The position numbers were made by a program, and so were the translations under genes. DNA of 64,000 nt from Candidatus Poribacteria bacterium (GTDB lineage: Bacteria; Poribacteria; WGA-4E; PCPOR2b). The notes below the pieces were generated by a model that was given only the letters and a program-made list of their open reading frames with translations, did no database searches and had not been told where the DNA came from. Shown one piece after another: positions 40,606-51,099 of this stretch. Every line of letters starts with the position of its first letter. Within the stretch, counting starts at the first letter, position 1. Where the stretch lies: assembly GCA_965215015.1 (NCBI GenBank), contig OZ244042.1:5088001-5152000 (forward strand), in the 5' to 3' direction.

Positions 40606-42777
40606 ATGACGAGATGGATGCAAGTTGCACAAAGATCGGAGGTTGAACCTGGCGAAAGCAAAGTGGTTCAGCTGGGGGACGAGCGCGTGGCAGTATTCAA
40701 CGCCGATGGAAAATTCTACGCCATCAATAATGCCTGTCCACATCAAGGGGGGCCACTTGGAGAAGGTACCTTGGATGGAGAGGTCATCACCTGTCCCTGG
40801 CATGAGTGGAAGTACGACCTGAAAACTGGCTGTCCCATCGTCACACCATCCGTCAAAACTTATGCGCTCCGAGTTAATGGAGAAACAATTCAAATCGCTG
40901 TCGAGCCCAAGGAGGAAGCGCTTGCCCGACAGGACCCAGTGCCCTCTAAGGGATCGGAAGCAACCGATCCGGTCTATGAGATTCTTGAACAGATCAACCT
41001 CGGCAAGACACTTGATGAAGTGTTCGAGAATATCTACGTTGGGCTTCAGGCCGTTGTGCCGCACAGTCGTTTGGGCATTGCACTAATTGACGAGTCATCA
41101 GGCAGGTTGGTACAGGTTAAGACAAAATCTGATCGCAAAATCCTTTTGGACAACGGCTTTTCAGCACGAATCGCCGGATCGACCCTTGAGAGCGTTTTGG
41201 AATCAGGAGAAGCACGGATTATTGATGATTTTCGAGAGGTCCTCGAAAAACGCCCCAGTACCTGGACCCAGCTTATGGTTGAAGAAGGTATGCACTCAAA
41301 CCTGACGCTACCGCTGAAGGTAGGTGGAAAGCCGATTGGCGTTGTATTTTTTACCAGCGCAATTCCCCGGGCGTTTTCAGCGGCGCACGGCGGGTTCCTC
41401 AAACAGATTGCCGGACAACTTTCCATCCTGATCGAGAAGGGCCGATGGGTCAGCGACCTCGCACAGAGCAACGCGCGATACCGCATCCTTTTTGAGATGT
41501 CCAACGATGCAATCTTCATTTGTTCCGCTCCCTCCGAGCCCTTTGTGACGGTCAACGAAAATCTGTGCATATGGCTGGGCTACACACATCAGGAGCTCTC
41601 CAATTTATCATTGCACAATCTGATGAAGGGAGAAGAATTTCAGCGGGTCTCCCAATTGCTGGAGGAACTTATCCCTCAAGGAACAACAATCACTTTTGAA
41701 ACAGAACTCTCGAAAAAAGATGGGGGTATACTACCATTGGGGATGCGGGTGGTCGGCATTGAGCACGCGGGAAAACGGTTCATCCAGGGGTTCGCCCGCG
41801 ATCTCTCAGAGGTAAAAGCTCTCAACGAACAATTGAAAAGCCTTTACACATTTGAAAAACTCATCGGTAAAAATCGACAAATGCAGGAAATCTATGAACT
41901 GATTCAACAGGTGGCACCAATGTCGACGACCGTGTTGATTCAGGGGGAGAGTGGCACCGGAAAAGAGTTGGTTGCCAACGCGATTCACCATCGAAGTGAG
42001 AGGACAGATGAAGCGTTTGTCAGTGTCAACTGTGGAGCGTTGGCAGAGAGTCTCCTCGAAAGTGAGTTGTTCGGCCACGTAAAGGGAGCATATACGGGTG
42101 CAACCACAACAAGACAGGGACGGTTTGAGAGGGCGGACAAGGGGACGATTTTTCTGGACGAAATTGGAGATCTAAGCCCTGCGATGCAGGTAAAGCTACT
42201 CAGAGTCTTGCAGGAGGGAGCGTTTGAAAAGGTTGGCTCCTCTCATACGCAAAAGGTAGACGTGCGAATCATCGCTGCGAGCAATCGCAATCTGAAAGCC
42301 GCAATTGAGTCAGGAGATTTCCGGGAAGATCTCTACTACCGGCTGAACATTGTGCCGATTCAGCTACCACCGCTGCGGGAAAGACGGGAGGACATTCCCC
42401 TCCTGATTGAGCACTTTATCCAGAAATTCAATCGGCACACCCAGAAGTCCATTCAGGACGTTTCTCCTGAAGCATTAGCTATCCTAATGGAGTACCCCTA
42501 TCCCGGCAATGTGCGACAGTTGGAAAATATCATCGAGCACACTTTTGTCAAATGTCCGGGCGAGCGCATTGAAAAGAAACATCTCCCCACAGAACTGATT
42601 GGACCTAAGGACGACATTGTAACACTGGTGCTCATGGGCGAAAATCCCCTCGCCACACTGGAGCGGGAATTGATTCAACGGGTTTTAGAACAGTGTGAGG
42701 GCAAACCGAAGTTGGCTGCGAAACGTCTAGGCATTAGCCGTACCACCCTGTGGCGACGGCTCAAGGCGGAAAAGTGA
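40606..42777 (+). CDS. Sigma-54-dependent activator: Rieske-GAF-PAS-AAA+-HTH
   Basis: NACPH...CPWH; GAF (LTLPLKVGGKPIG); PAS (YRILFEMSND...ARDLSE); GESGTGKE, ESELFGHVKGAYTGA, FLDEIG; HTH AAKRLGISRTTLWRRL. Confidence 0.92.
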   Translation: MTRWMQVAQRSEVEPGESKVVQLGDERVAVFNADGKFYAINNACPHQGGPLGEGTLDGEVITCPWHEWKYDLKTGCPIVTPSVKTYALRVNGETIQIAVEPKEEALARQDPVPSKGSEATDPVYEILEQINLGKTLDEVFENIYVGLQAVVPHSRLGIALIDESSGRLVQVKTKSDRKILLDNGFSARIAGSTLESVLESGEARIIDDFREVLEKRPSTWTQLMVEEGMHSNLTLPLKVGGKPIGVVFFTSAIPRAFSAAHGGFLKQIAGQLSILIEKGRWVSDLAQSNARYRILFEMSNDAIFICSAPSEPFVTVNENLCIWLGYTHQELSNLSLHNLMKGEEFQRVSQLLEELIPQGTTITFETELSKKDGGILPLGMRVVGIEHAGKRFIQGFARDLSEVKALNEQLKSLYTFEKLIGKNRQMQEIYELIQQVAPMSTTVLIQGESGTGKELVANAIHHRSERTDEAFVSVNCGALAESLLESELFGHVKGAYTGATTTRQGRFERADKGTIFLDEIGDLSPAMQVKLLRVLQEGAFEKVGSSHTQKVDVRIIAASNRNLKAAIESGDFREDLYYRLNIVPIQLPPLRERREDIPLLIEHFIQKFNRHTQKSIQDVSPEALAILMEYPYPGNVRQLENIIEHTFVKCPGERIEKKHLPTELIGPKDDIVTLVLMGENPLATLERELIQRVLEQCEGKPKLAAKRLGISRTTLWRRLKAEK

Positions 42778-42895
42778 TAGTGAAAAAGCAATTGACCCGC
42801 TCCGCAGTCTGGTGTTATAATGTCTCTAATTTTGGCATGTCACTACGTATCTCATCTTCCACCGTCTTCGGATTATCACGAGCGAATATATTTCG

Positions 42896-43651
42896 ATGTC
42901 AGTCCAGCAAAATCTTACAATCCATCCGCTAAATTACCCATTGATTTATATCCCCGAGGGACCATTCGTCATGGGAACGCTTCCGACAGGCCTGCGAAAA
43001 ACTGACCATGAGGAACCGCAGCGTACGGTAACGCTCAACGCTTACTATATTGGTAAGTTTCCTGTGACTAACGCCCAATATGCACGATTCGTGGAAGACA
43101 CAGGGTATTATCCGCCGCGTTTTCACACCGATTCGCGCTTCAATGCGCCGGACTGTCCTGTGGTTGGCGTCAGTTGGCACGACGCACGGGCGTTTCTAAT
43201 ATATCTCAATGAATTGACAGGCGAAGCATATCGCCTACCGACAGAAGCGGAGTGGGAGAAGGCAGCGCGAGGTACCGATGGACGAGAGTATCCGTGGGGA
43301 AATGAATGGGACCCATCGAAAACGAATTCGTCGGAAAGTGGACTCAAACGAACAACATCTGTTGACAGCTATCCAGAAGGCGTCAGTCCTTATGGGTGCT
43401 ACAATATGGGAGGGAATGTTTACGAGTGGTGCATAGACTGGTTTCACCCACAGACTTATCGCTACGCCCCGGCGCAAAATCCCTTCGGCCCAGCCGAAGG
43501 CAGGCGCAAGGTGATTCGGGGAGGCTCATGGGTGCCGCGAGGGCAATTCGCGGCGCGCTGTGCAAACCGTGCGGCGTATGAGCCAATAGAGATGGTGCAC
43601 AACGTTGGGATTCGGATTGCGAAGTCAGCTTCCAAATCAACCTCAAGATGA
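42896..43651 (+). CDS. FGE-sulfatase (SUMF1-like) domain protein
   Basis: GPFVMG, PVTNAQY, RLPTEAEWEKAARG, NMGGNVYEW, RGGSW; upstream TTGACC-N18-TATAAT (42792-42821). Confidence 0.88.
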   Translation: MSVQQNLTIHPLNYPLIYIPEGPFVMGTLPTGLRKTDHEEPQRTVTLNAYYIGKFPVTNAQYARFVEDTGYYPPRFHTDSRFNAPDCPVVGVSWHDARAFLIYLNELTGEAYRLPTEAEWEKAARGTDGREYPWGNEWDPSKTNSSESGLKRTTSVDSYPEGVSPYGCYNMGGNVYEWCIDWFHPQTYRYAPAQNPFGPAEGRRKVIRGGSWVPRGQFAARCANRAAYEPIEMVHNVGIRIAKSASKSTSR

Positions 43652-43669
43652 ACAAAAGCAGGTGATTCC

Positions 43670-45244
43670 ATGTTACGTGGTAGAAATACTCGTCGAGCCC
43701 TTATCTGCTCGCTCGCCATTCACCTTATTGCTGTAGTAATCATGATCCATCTACAGATTAAGCAGCGTCAACTACCCCCATCCGATAACGCTGTTCTGGT
43801 TGACATCACCCATTTTCAACGCCCGGCGGTTCTCCTACCCAAGCCGGTTGAGCCGCCGTCCCCTAAATCCGTAAAATCAGTTGAGCCGCCCCCTGAATTG
43901 GTGAAGGTTGTTTCGGAAGCCCCGACCCCTAAGCCAAAACCCGCATCTACGACCGATTGGCTGACGGTTAATTCACTCAAAACCAATCACCGAGAGGCAA
44001 TCGAGTCAAAAATTGATTCGCCCTCCACTTTCGATAGTGTTGGACCTGTTTCTCAACTACAATTATCCTCAAAAACAGGTCCAGACTCCAGAGCACTTAC
44101 CATCACAGCGATAGATCTGCCCAGAGCGGACTCAGGATCGCCTTTGGCAGCATATCAGAACATCAATATGAATGAGGACAGCAGCAATCTATCAGAGAGC
44201 TCTCCTGAGGTCGGTGTAGCGCAGTTGCGCGTGGGACGCAGACGAGGCGAGACGATTGCGGGGATGCCTATCGGAAATTCGGGGGGAGGCAGCGTTTCAG
44301 GCACCTCTGTGGGGGACAATTACGTTCAGATGATGACTGAACTGGCTCGAAGTTTGACAGATGCGGCAAGCGTTCAGAAGATTGATCTGGTTTTTATCAT
44401 CGACAAAACCGGGAGCATGGAAGACAATGTCCGGGGCATTCGCGCTTATATTGACCTCTTTTTTGAGCATTTCGCGCGCTTAGGACATGATGCAGCCTTT
44501 GGTTTGGTAACATTTGCTGACGCCACTGAAAACAAGCCGAAGGTTCAGGGGGTCACGACGGATCACGGCAAATTCAAAAATTGGCTTTACAAAATTAAGT
44601 TTGAAGGCGGCGGCGATCTCGCCGAATCGGGATTGGATGCGTTGATGGCTGCGCTACACAAGACTAAATTTCGAGGCAACACCCAACGATTTTTCGTCCT
44701 TGCGAGTGATGGCACCTTCCACGATGCGGATTACGACGGCAGATCGGAATATAGTCAAGATGGGGTTATCGAAGCCTTACAGTACAATGGGATTCGTGTT
44801 GATGTCATCGGACTGAATTTCCTCCCCATCAAACAGATTGCCTGGGCAACCGGTGGCACTTGGCGGGCAATCCCCGGTAGAGGTTATCTGGAGCACATCC
44901 CATCAACGCTCACAGCCAAGATGCTCTCTGAGCTGGGCGTTCTTGGTTTCGACGGAGATGACCTGGAGGCGGACGAGGTTGTCGTCTACATTCGTCGCGA
45001 CCCACGTCCAACATGGCTTGAAGTTACATGGAAAGTGCTCAACCCGTTAGGTGAACGATGCTATGGTCCGTTCTCACAGCGTCTAAATATCCCGAACGAC
45101 GGTTCAGAGGTGATGCGGTTTACCCCTACTATTGATGTCAACCAATTTCGAGCCGCAGCAGGGACATACACTGTCATCTACCACCTCGAAAACAATCTCG
45201 GACATCGAAGCATCTTGCGCCGTACCCTTGAATATGGAGGTTAA
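43670..45244 (+). CDS. Membrane-anchored VWA-domain protein with Pro-rich linker
   Basis: TonB-like anchor SLAIH, Pro-rich linker, DLVFIIDKTGSM, GGGDLAES, SDGTFH. Confidence 0.75.
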   Translation: MLRGRNTRRALICSLAIHLIAVVIMIHLQIKQRQLPPSDNAVLVDITHFQRPAVLLPKPVEPPSPKSVKSVEPPPELVKVVSEAPTPKPKPASTTDWLTVNSLKTNHREAIESKIDSPSTFDSVGPVSQLQLSSKTGPDSRALTITAIDLPRADSGSPLAAYQNINMNEDSSNLSESSPEVGVAQLRVGRRRGETIAGMPIGNSGGGSVSGTSVGDNYVQMMTELARSLTDAASVQKIDLVFIIDKTGSMEDNVRGIRAYIDLFFEHFARLGHDAAFGLVTFADATENKPKVQGVTTDHGKFKNWLYKIKFEGGGDLAESGLDALMAALHKTKFRGNTQRFFVLASDGTFHDADYDGRSEYSQDGVIEALQYNGIRVDVIGLNFLPIKQIAWATGGTWRAIPGRGYLEHIPSTLTAKMLSELGVLGFDGDDLEADEVVVYIRRDPRPTWLEVTWKVLNPLGERCYGPFSQRLNIPNDGSEVMRFTPTIDVNQFRAAAGTYTVIYHLENNLGHRSILRRTLEYGG

Positions 45245-46241
45245 GCAAATCACACATCACGTTGCAAAACCTATCGTATCTGAGAAACAGATTGCAATCA
45301 ACGCGGTATTGAAGACCGTACAATTGTGTCAGCAAGTACAGGCTGACATGGTGAAGGCGGATGCAGTGGAGAAGGCGGATCGAAGTCCCGTGACAGTGGC
45401 AGATTTCGGTTCACAGGCTTTAATCTGTCAAGCCATTGGTAAGGCATTTCCAGCAGATGCCATTGTCGCCGAAGAGGATTCTCAGACGTTGCAGGCAAAC
45501 CCTCAACTTATACAGCGTGTGACCGGATATGTCAACAACTTTGCCGCAGGGACACTTTCCACCCAAACGGTCTGCGATTGGATCGATCGGGGGGGGGGAA
45601 AAGTAGGAGAACGTTTCTGGACGCTAGACCCGATTGATGGCACAAAAGGATTCTTACGAGGGGACCAATACGCCATTGCGTTAGCGTTAATTGTTGATTG
45701 GAAGGTAAAATTGGGCGTGCTGGGCTGCCCGAATCTGACGCAGAAATTGGACGACCCGCAGGCACAACACGGTTGTCTTTTTGTCGCGGAGAGGGGTGAG
45801 GGCACGCGGATGCTTTCGTTGGATGGGAAGTTCTCAGAGCGGATTCGCATCTCCCATACTACACGCCGTTTTGCAGAAAGCGTTGAGTCTACCCACAGCG
45901 ACCTTGACGCGCACGCACAAATCGCTCAACAGGTCGGTATCATTGACCCACCGATCCGGTTGGACGGTCAGGGAAAGTATGGGGTACTTGCACGCGGCGA
46001 AGCGGCTGTCTATATTCGTTTGCCAAACCCGGCGACGCCGAATTACCGTGAGTGCATTTGGGATCACGCCGCTGGGATGATTGTGGTGGAAGAAGCAGGG
46101 GGAGTGGTCACGGATGTCGATGGACGTACACTTGACTTCTCGCAGGGGAGACGGATGATCGCCAATCGTGGAATTTTAGCGACGAATGGCGAAATGCATC
46201 CGCAGGTATTGGAGTGTATTCGTAAGTGGAATCATAATTGA
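45234..46241 (+). CDS. 3'(2'),5'-bisphosphate nucleotidase (HAL2/SAL1-like inositol monophosphatase family)
   Basis: SPVTVADFGSQ, AEED, WTLDPIDGTKGFLRG, YRECIWDHAAG. Confidence 0.9.
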   Translation: MEVKQITHHVAKPIVSEKQIAINAVLKTVQLCQQVQADMVKADAVEKADRSPVTVADFGSQALICQAIGKAFPADAIVAEEDSQTLQANPQLIQRVTGYVNNFAAGTLSTQTVCDWIDRGGGKVGERFWTLDPIDGTKGFLRGDQYAIALALIVDWKVKLGVLGCPNLTQKLDDPQAQHGCLFVAERGEGTRMLSLDGKFSERIRISHTTRRFAESVESTHSDLDAHAQIAQQVGIIDPPIRLDGQGKYGVLARGEAAVYIRLPNPATPNYRECIWDHAAGMIVVEEAGGVVTDVDGRTLDFSQGRRMIANRGILATNGEMHPQVLECIRKWNHN

Positions 46242-46253
46242 CGGTGAAACAGT

Positions 46254-47309
46254 TTAATCCACTGCTTGTGCCGTTGTTGGAATCTCAACTTTCTGCTCGT
46301 TCCAAAACCGATATGCCCCACGATGCAGCGGAATCACAAACGCTTTTGGCGCATTTTCGAGCGTCATATCCTTCGCAGCGGGGGTAGTGGTTACCAAGGT
46401 TTGATGCCCCGCTTGATCGTAGATGTGCTTCAGGATCGTATAAACCGTTTCCTCACTGATGTCTTTGTGTGCGATGAGGACTGTTGGCATCAGGAGTGTG
46501 TTGACCGGCTGGACGTTTTTGTACGCCTTCTCAGGTAATGTGCCGGACAGATAGAAGGGATATTTCTCGTAAAAGCCGTATTTCTTAGCGGGGGCGTCGA
46601 AGTCAATCAGGCGGATGGATTTGATTTCAGAGACGTAAATAATGGCAGAATTGGGAGCACTGACAAGCCATTGAAAACCCGCCACCTGTCCATCGCGCAG
46701 AGCATCACTACCCGCGGTCCCCCCTTTATACACCGGCGTAAACTTGTCGTGGATGCCAGCGAGCTTCGCGAGACGTTCCAGTGTCTGTGCAGAGCCTGAC
46801 CCCGCTGCACCCATCGCAATTTTCTTCCCGACAATATCCTCAAATTGATGCACATCGCTGTTCGCCAAGGTGGCGAATTGATTGTAAGCGATGTAAAGCA
46901 GCGTTACCATCCGGATATTTTCTTTTTTTCCGTCTTTAGCAAAGACCTCCCGCCCATGATATCCAAGATAAACATCAGATGCAAACGCAACGCCCATATA
47001 GTCCTCACCGCTGTTGACGCGACGGACATTTTCAATCGATCCGGCGGACGCTTCGACGGAGATTTTGATGGTGGGCTCTGCTTTTGAAACGACGGTCCCA
47101 ATCCCACTTGCAAACGGTGAAAAACTCCCACCGACCGCCCCACCGAGGATGGAAAGCCATATCTGCTTTTTCTTCAGTTTGTTTTCCTGACCGTTCTCCC
47201 TTTGGACATATGACTGTTTGTCACCACTTTTCTGATTATCGCAGCCATAGATCAGCAGACTTAGCGCACAGAAAATAGACAACCATAAATGAAACTTTTG
47301 GCGTTGCAT
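46254..47309 (-). CDS. TAXI-family TRAP transporter solute receptor (lipoprotein)
   Basis: IYGC lipobox; GGAVGGSF, SAGSIENV, GAAGSGS, PLHRGA. Confidence 0.85.
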   Translation of the reverse strand: MQRQKFHLWLSIFCALSLLIYGCDNQKSGDKQSYVQRENGQENKLKKKQIWLSILGGAVGGSFSPFASGIGTVVSKAEPTIKISVEASAGSIENVRRVNSGEDYMGVAFASDVYLGYHGREVFAKDGKKENIRMVTLLYIAYNQFATLANSDVHQFEDIVGKKIAMGAAGSGSAQTLERLAKLAGIHDKFTPVYKGGTAGSDALRDGQVAGFQWLVSAPNSAIIYVSEIKSIRLIDFDAPAKKYGFYEKYPFYLSGTLPEKAYKNVQPVNTLLMPTVLIAHKDISEETVYTILKHIYDQAGHQTLVTTTPAAKDMTLENAPKAFVIPLHRGAYRFWNEQKVEIPTTAQAVD

Positions 47310-47328
47310 TTTGCTCCTTTATCGTCAA

Positions 47329-48039
47329 CTACGCTTTCCCATAGACAGGAATTGCCGCCCCATTGATGATAGCAGCAGCGTCGGAAATAAGGAATAGGAT
47401 GACTTTGGCAATGTCGACGGGTGAAACCCAGCGGGAATGATCTTCGTCGGGCATTCCCTCGCGGTTCGCAGGCGTATCCATGATGCTCACCAGCAGGGAA
47501 TTGACGTTAATCCCCAAATCTTTGACTTCCTCTGCAATGGATTCTGTCAGAATCCGTACCCCGTTTTTAGAAACGGAATAGGCACCCAGTCCAGCGGCCC
47601 CACTTAACCCGGCACGGGCAGAGGTGTTCACAATTTTCCCATATCCCTGCTCAATCATGTGCGGCAGCACTGCTTTACAGCAGAGAAAAATCGATTTCAG
47701 ATTCAAATCCATCATGAAATTCCATCGCTCTTCAGCCATCTCGGCAACTGGGATGCCGCCGACAAAGCCCCCGATCGTATTCACTAAAACGTCAATTTGA
47801 CCGAATTTGTCCAATGTGGTTTGGACAAAATTTTGAACTTCAGTTTCAACCGTCAGGTCTGCGCGAATCAGTGTGACTTGCGCTTTGAGGCCGCCAATTT
47901 GACGATCAAACGGTTCGATATTGCGCTCAGAGGTGTAAGGGACCGCAACTTGGTAACCTTCTCTAAGCAGAGCTTCCGTGACGACCGTTCCCAACGCACC
48001 AGTGCCGCCAGTGACAATAGCAAACCGCTTTTCATCCAT
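47329..48039 (-). CDS. Short-chain dehydrogenase/reductase
   Basis: TGGTGALG, YSVSK, DTPANR. Confidence 0.9.
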   Translation of the reverse strand: MDEKRFAIVTGGTGALGTVVTEALLREGYQVAVPYTSERNIEPFDRQIGGLKAQVTLIRADLTVETEVQNFVQTTLDKFGQIDVLVNTIGGFVGGIPVAEMAEERWNFMMDLNLKSIFLCCKAVLPHMIEQGYGKIVNTSARAGLSGAAGLGAYSVSKNGVRILTESIAEEVKDLGINVNSLLVSIMDTPANREGMPDEDHSRWVSPVDIAKVILFLISDAAAIINGAAIPVYGKA

Positions 48040-48132
48040 TTTAGAATCCTTTCTCCCCGGATGCGCGAAACCGATCCAGATTTTAGTGCTTTATCAGAAT
48101 TGGATTTTGCTTTGAATCCATTCTATTATAGG

Positions 48133-48420
48133 TAGGAGCCACACACTTGAGTTTGTAGTCGCGCAATTCAACCCGCGTCTTTAAGGGAGTCGGCATACGC
48201 CGTATTGCTGTACCCCCATTCCCCTGCTTGCGGGGGGCTGAGGGGGGACTTAGAGGGGGACAGCACGGCGGAGTATGCCGACTCCTCTGAGATTAACTGT
48301 CGCCGCCGAATCCATCGGGCCCGGAACGTTGCGCGAGAGTCCGGGTGTTTTCAACCCACTATGAACATTGCGTGACCGTTTCTGGTATTGGCTTCGACCG
48401 TTCAACTGCGTAAGTGCTAT
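48133..48420. mobile_element. Composite MITE-like element (inverted counterpart of 7767-8121)
   Basis: TAGGAGCCAC..TTGAGTTTGTAGTCGCGCAATTCAACCCGCGTC, REP, CCCCTGCTTGCGGGGGG, REP, ...GTTCAACTGCGTAAGTGCTA. Confidence 0.65.
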
Positions 48421-48425
48421 TAGGA

Positions 48426-50009
48426 TTAGATTTGGGGACCCGCCGCTCGGACAGCCGCTGTGGCACTGTCGGTAAATTGATTAAAGTTTTCCGCAAACAT
48501 CTTAGCGAGTTCTCGCGCCTGAACATCGTAAGCCGCACCATCTTTCCATGTGTTGCGCGGCTTGAGGACTTCAGACGGCACGCCTTCGCAGGCTGTTGGC
48601 ACATGGATTCTGAAAATTGGATCCGGTTTTATTGGGATATCCGCTAGCTTACCCTTCAAAACGGCGTCAACGATGGCGCGGGTATACGCAATCTTCATTC
48701 GTGTGCCTTCGCCATAGGGACCGCCACTCCATCCGGTGTTAATCAACCAGCAGTCAACCTGATGTTGATTAATCTTTTCCCCAAGCATGTTGGCATATAC
48801 AGCGGGATCTAACGGCATAAATGGATCCCCGAAGCAGTGACTGAAGGTCGCTTCGGGGCCGTCTCCTAGGCCCCGCTCAGTGCCAGCAACTTTCGCGGTA
48901 TATCCCGAAAGGAAATGGTACATCGCTTGTTCGGTTGTTAATTTGGCAACGGGAGGCATCACGCCAAACGCATCGCATGTGAGCATGATTAGATTCTTTG
49001 GATGGCCGCCGACACCTTCCGGGACGATATTATCGAGATGGGTAATTGGGTAACCTGCACGCGTATTCTCGGTTAATGAATCATCATCAAGGTCGATCTG
49101 CCGCGTTACTGGATCGAGAATCACGTTTTCCAGAACTGTACCAAATTTGTGTGTACAGGCGTAAATCTCCGGCTCTGCCTTTTTGGAGAGATTGATTGTT
49201 TTTGCGTAGCATCCGCCCTCAAAGTTAAAAACGCCGCGCTCACTCCAACCGTGCTCATCATCGCCGATCAGTTGTCTCCCCGCTGCGGAGGAGAGCGTTG
49301 TTTTTCCGGTTCCGGACAATCCGAAGAAAAGGGCAACATCTCCAGCGGGCCCAAGGTTCGCTGAACAGTGCATCGGCAGCACCCCCTGGCTCGGTAATAG
49401 ATAGTTAAGGTATGTGAAAACCGATTTCTTCATCTCACCCGCGTACCGCGTTCCGCCAATAAGTACCAAATTCCGCCTAAAATTTACAAGGATAAAGGTC
49501 TCTGAATTAGTGCCATGTAATTCAGGATTAGCGTGCAGTCCCGGGAAATCAATAATTGTAAAATCAGGGGCCCGGGCTGGAGATAACTTGTCGGCGGGGA
49601 TAAGGAGACTTTGGATAAACAGACTGTGCCACGCATATTCGGTGATAGCACGAACATTGATGCGATGCTGCGGGGCGGCACCGGCATAGCAATCTTGAAC
49701 AAAGACATCACGCCCCTGGATGTAAGTTAGCATGTGATTATACACGCGATCGAAGTGCTCTTCGGAAATAGGACGGTTGACTTTGCCCCACCAGACTTTG
49801 TCTCGGTTTGACGATTGTTCAACGATAAATTTGTCGCTCGGTGAACGGCCCGTATGGGCTCCTGTTTCAACAATAAAAGGACCGAATTGAGCAATTTGCC
49901 CCTCACCCCGCTTGAGGGCCTCTTCATATAGAGTAGGTGTTGATAAGTTCCAATATATATTTTTTATATTAGCAATTTTATGATCTCTCAATAACTGGGC
50001 TTTGCTCAT
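48426..50009 (-). CDS. pckA: Phosphoenolpyruvate carboxykinase (ATP)
   Basis: TGRSPSDK, YAGEMKKS, MHCSAN, GLSGTGKTTLS, IGDDEHGW, TENTR. Confidence 0.97.
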   Translation of the reverse strand: MSKAQLLRDHKIANIKNIYWNLSTPTLYEEALKRGEGQIAQFGPFIVETGAHTGRSPSDKFIVEQSSNRDKVWWGKVNRPISEEHFDRVYNHMLTYIQGRDVFVQDCYAGAAPQHRINVRAITEYAWHSLFIQSLLIPADKLSPARAPDFTIIDFPGLHANPELHGTNSETFILVNFRRNLVLIGGTRYAGEMKKSVFTYLNYLLPSQGVLPMHCSANLGPAGDVALFFGLSGTGKTTLSSAAGRQLIGDDEHGWSERGVFNFEGGCYAKTINLSKKAEPEIYACTHKFGTVLENVILDPVTRQIDLDDDSLTENTRAGYPITHLDNIVPEGVGGHPKNLIMLTCDAFGVMPPVAKLTTEQAMYHFLSGYTAKVAGTERGLGDGPEATFSHCFGDPFMPLDPAVYANMLGEKINQHQVDCWLINTGWSGGPYGEGTRMKIAYTRAIVDAVLKGKLADIPIKPDPIFRIHVPTACEGVPSEVLKPRNTWKDGAAYDVQARELAKMFAENFNQFTDSATAAVRAAGPQI

Positions 50010-50073
50010 GCAGTTCTCCTGAAAGCTGATCTTGGATATGATACACCTGTATGGACATCATTTGTCAACGAAC

Positions 50074-51081
50074 CTAACCCTCAACCGGAACCACTCCAAT
50101 TCCGGGCAGATTGGGTAAGATGAGTTTACCCGCCTCAAGTGTTACACCACGATATGGATCATTCGCAATGAGTAGATGTCCATCCAGATCCGCGTAATCT
50201 ACAAGCGGTGTGAGATGCGCTGCTGCCGTGATGCCTAGGGAACTTTCAATCATACAACCAATCATCACTTGCAGCCCATGCGCTCGTGCAATGTGGATGA
50301 TTCGCATCGCTTCAAGCAAACCGCCGCATTTGACCAACTTAATGTTGATACCATCAACACAACCGACCAGCGAAGGTATGTCTGCAGCACGTTTCACACT
50401 TTCATCGGCGAAAATCGGGAGCTCCGAGTGCTCGCGGACAAACTTTAATCCCTCCAAATCGTCCGGCTTTGTGGGTTGCTCGATCAGTTCAATACCGTAG
50501 GGAACAAGCTCACGAATTTTACGAACTGCCTCTTTGGGAGTCCACGCCGTGTTGGCATCTACATAGATTGGTTTATCCGTGACCTCACGGAGTGCACGGA
50601 TGAGCTCCAAGTCACGGTGGCTGCCAAGTTTAACCTTGAGGAGGGGATATGCCTCCGCTTCACGCGCCTTTTGCTGCATAAGCTCCGGCTCATCAAGTCC
50701 GATTGTGAAGGTGGTAAGCGGCGTACCCGTTGGATCGAGCCCCCAGAGCCGATAAAGCGGTACACTTAACTTTTTGCCAAGCCGGTCGTGCAGGGCCATA
50801 TCAATCGCGGACTTTGCAGCGTAATTCCGTCCGAGAATTGATTCAAGCTCGGACATCACGCTCTCAATAGCATCAAGATTTCCATCAAGACCCGTATCGA
50901 GGAGGTCACAAGCGACTTGAACCGTTTCAACGGTTTCGCCGTAGAAGCGCGCGGGAGCCGTTTCACCCAGTCCGCCATCAATTTCAACAGAAATCACTTG
51001 ACGGAATTCATCAACGGCTCGCCTGGCAATCTTGAAGGGATGGATAAGTTTGAGATCCGTGACCTGATATCGGATATTCAT
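50074..51081 (-). CDS. L-Ala-D/L-Glu (dipeptide) epimerase, enolase superfamily
   Basis: FKIAR, KVKLG, VDAN, IEQP, ADES, NIKLVKCGG, GCMIES, DLDG. Confidence 0.9.
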   Translation of the reverse strand: MNIRYQVTDLKLIHPFKIARRAVDEFRQVISVEIDGGLGETAPARFYGETVETVQVACDLLDTGLDGNLDAIESVMSELESILGRNYAAKSAIDMALHDRLGKKLSVPLYRLWGLDPTGTPLTTFTIGLDEPELMQQKAREAEAYPLLKVKLGSHRDLELIRALREVTDKPIYVDANTAWTPKEAVRKIRELVPYGIELIEQPTKPDDLEGLKFVREHSELPIFADESVKRAADIPSLVGCVDGINIKLVKCGGLLEAMRIIHIARAHGLQVMIGCMIESSLGITAAAHLTPLVDYADLDGHLLIANDPYRGVTLEAGKLILPNLPGIGVVPVEG

Positions 51082-51099
51082 AAAGCGGGTGCAAAACTT

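Noticed and set aside
42896-43651. Active formylglycine-generating enzyme
   Set aside because: The catalytic Cys pair after RGGS is absent.
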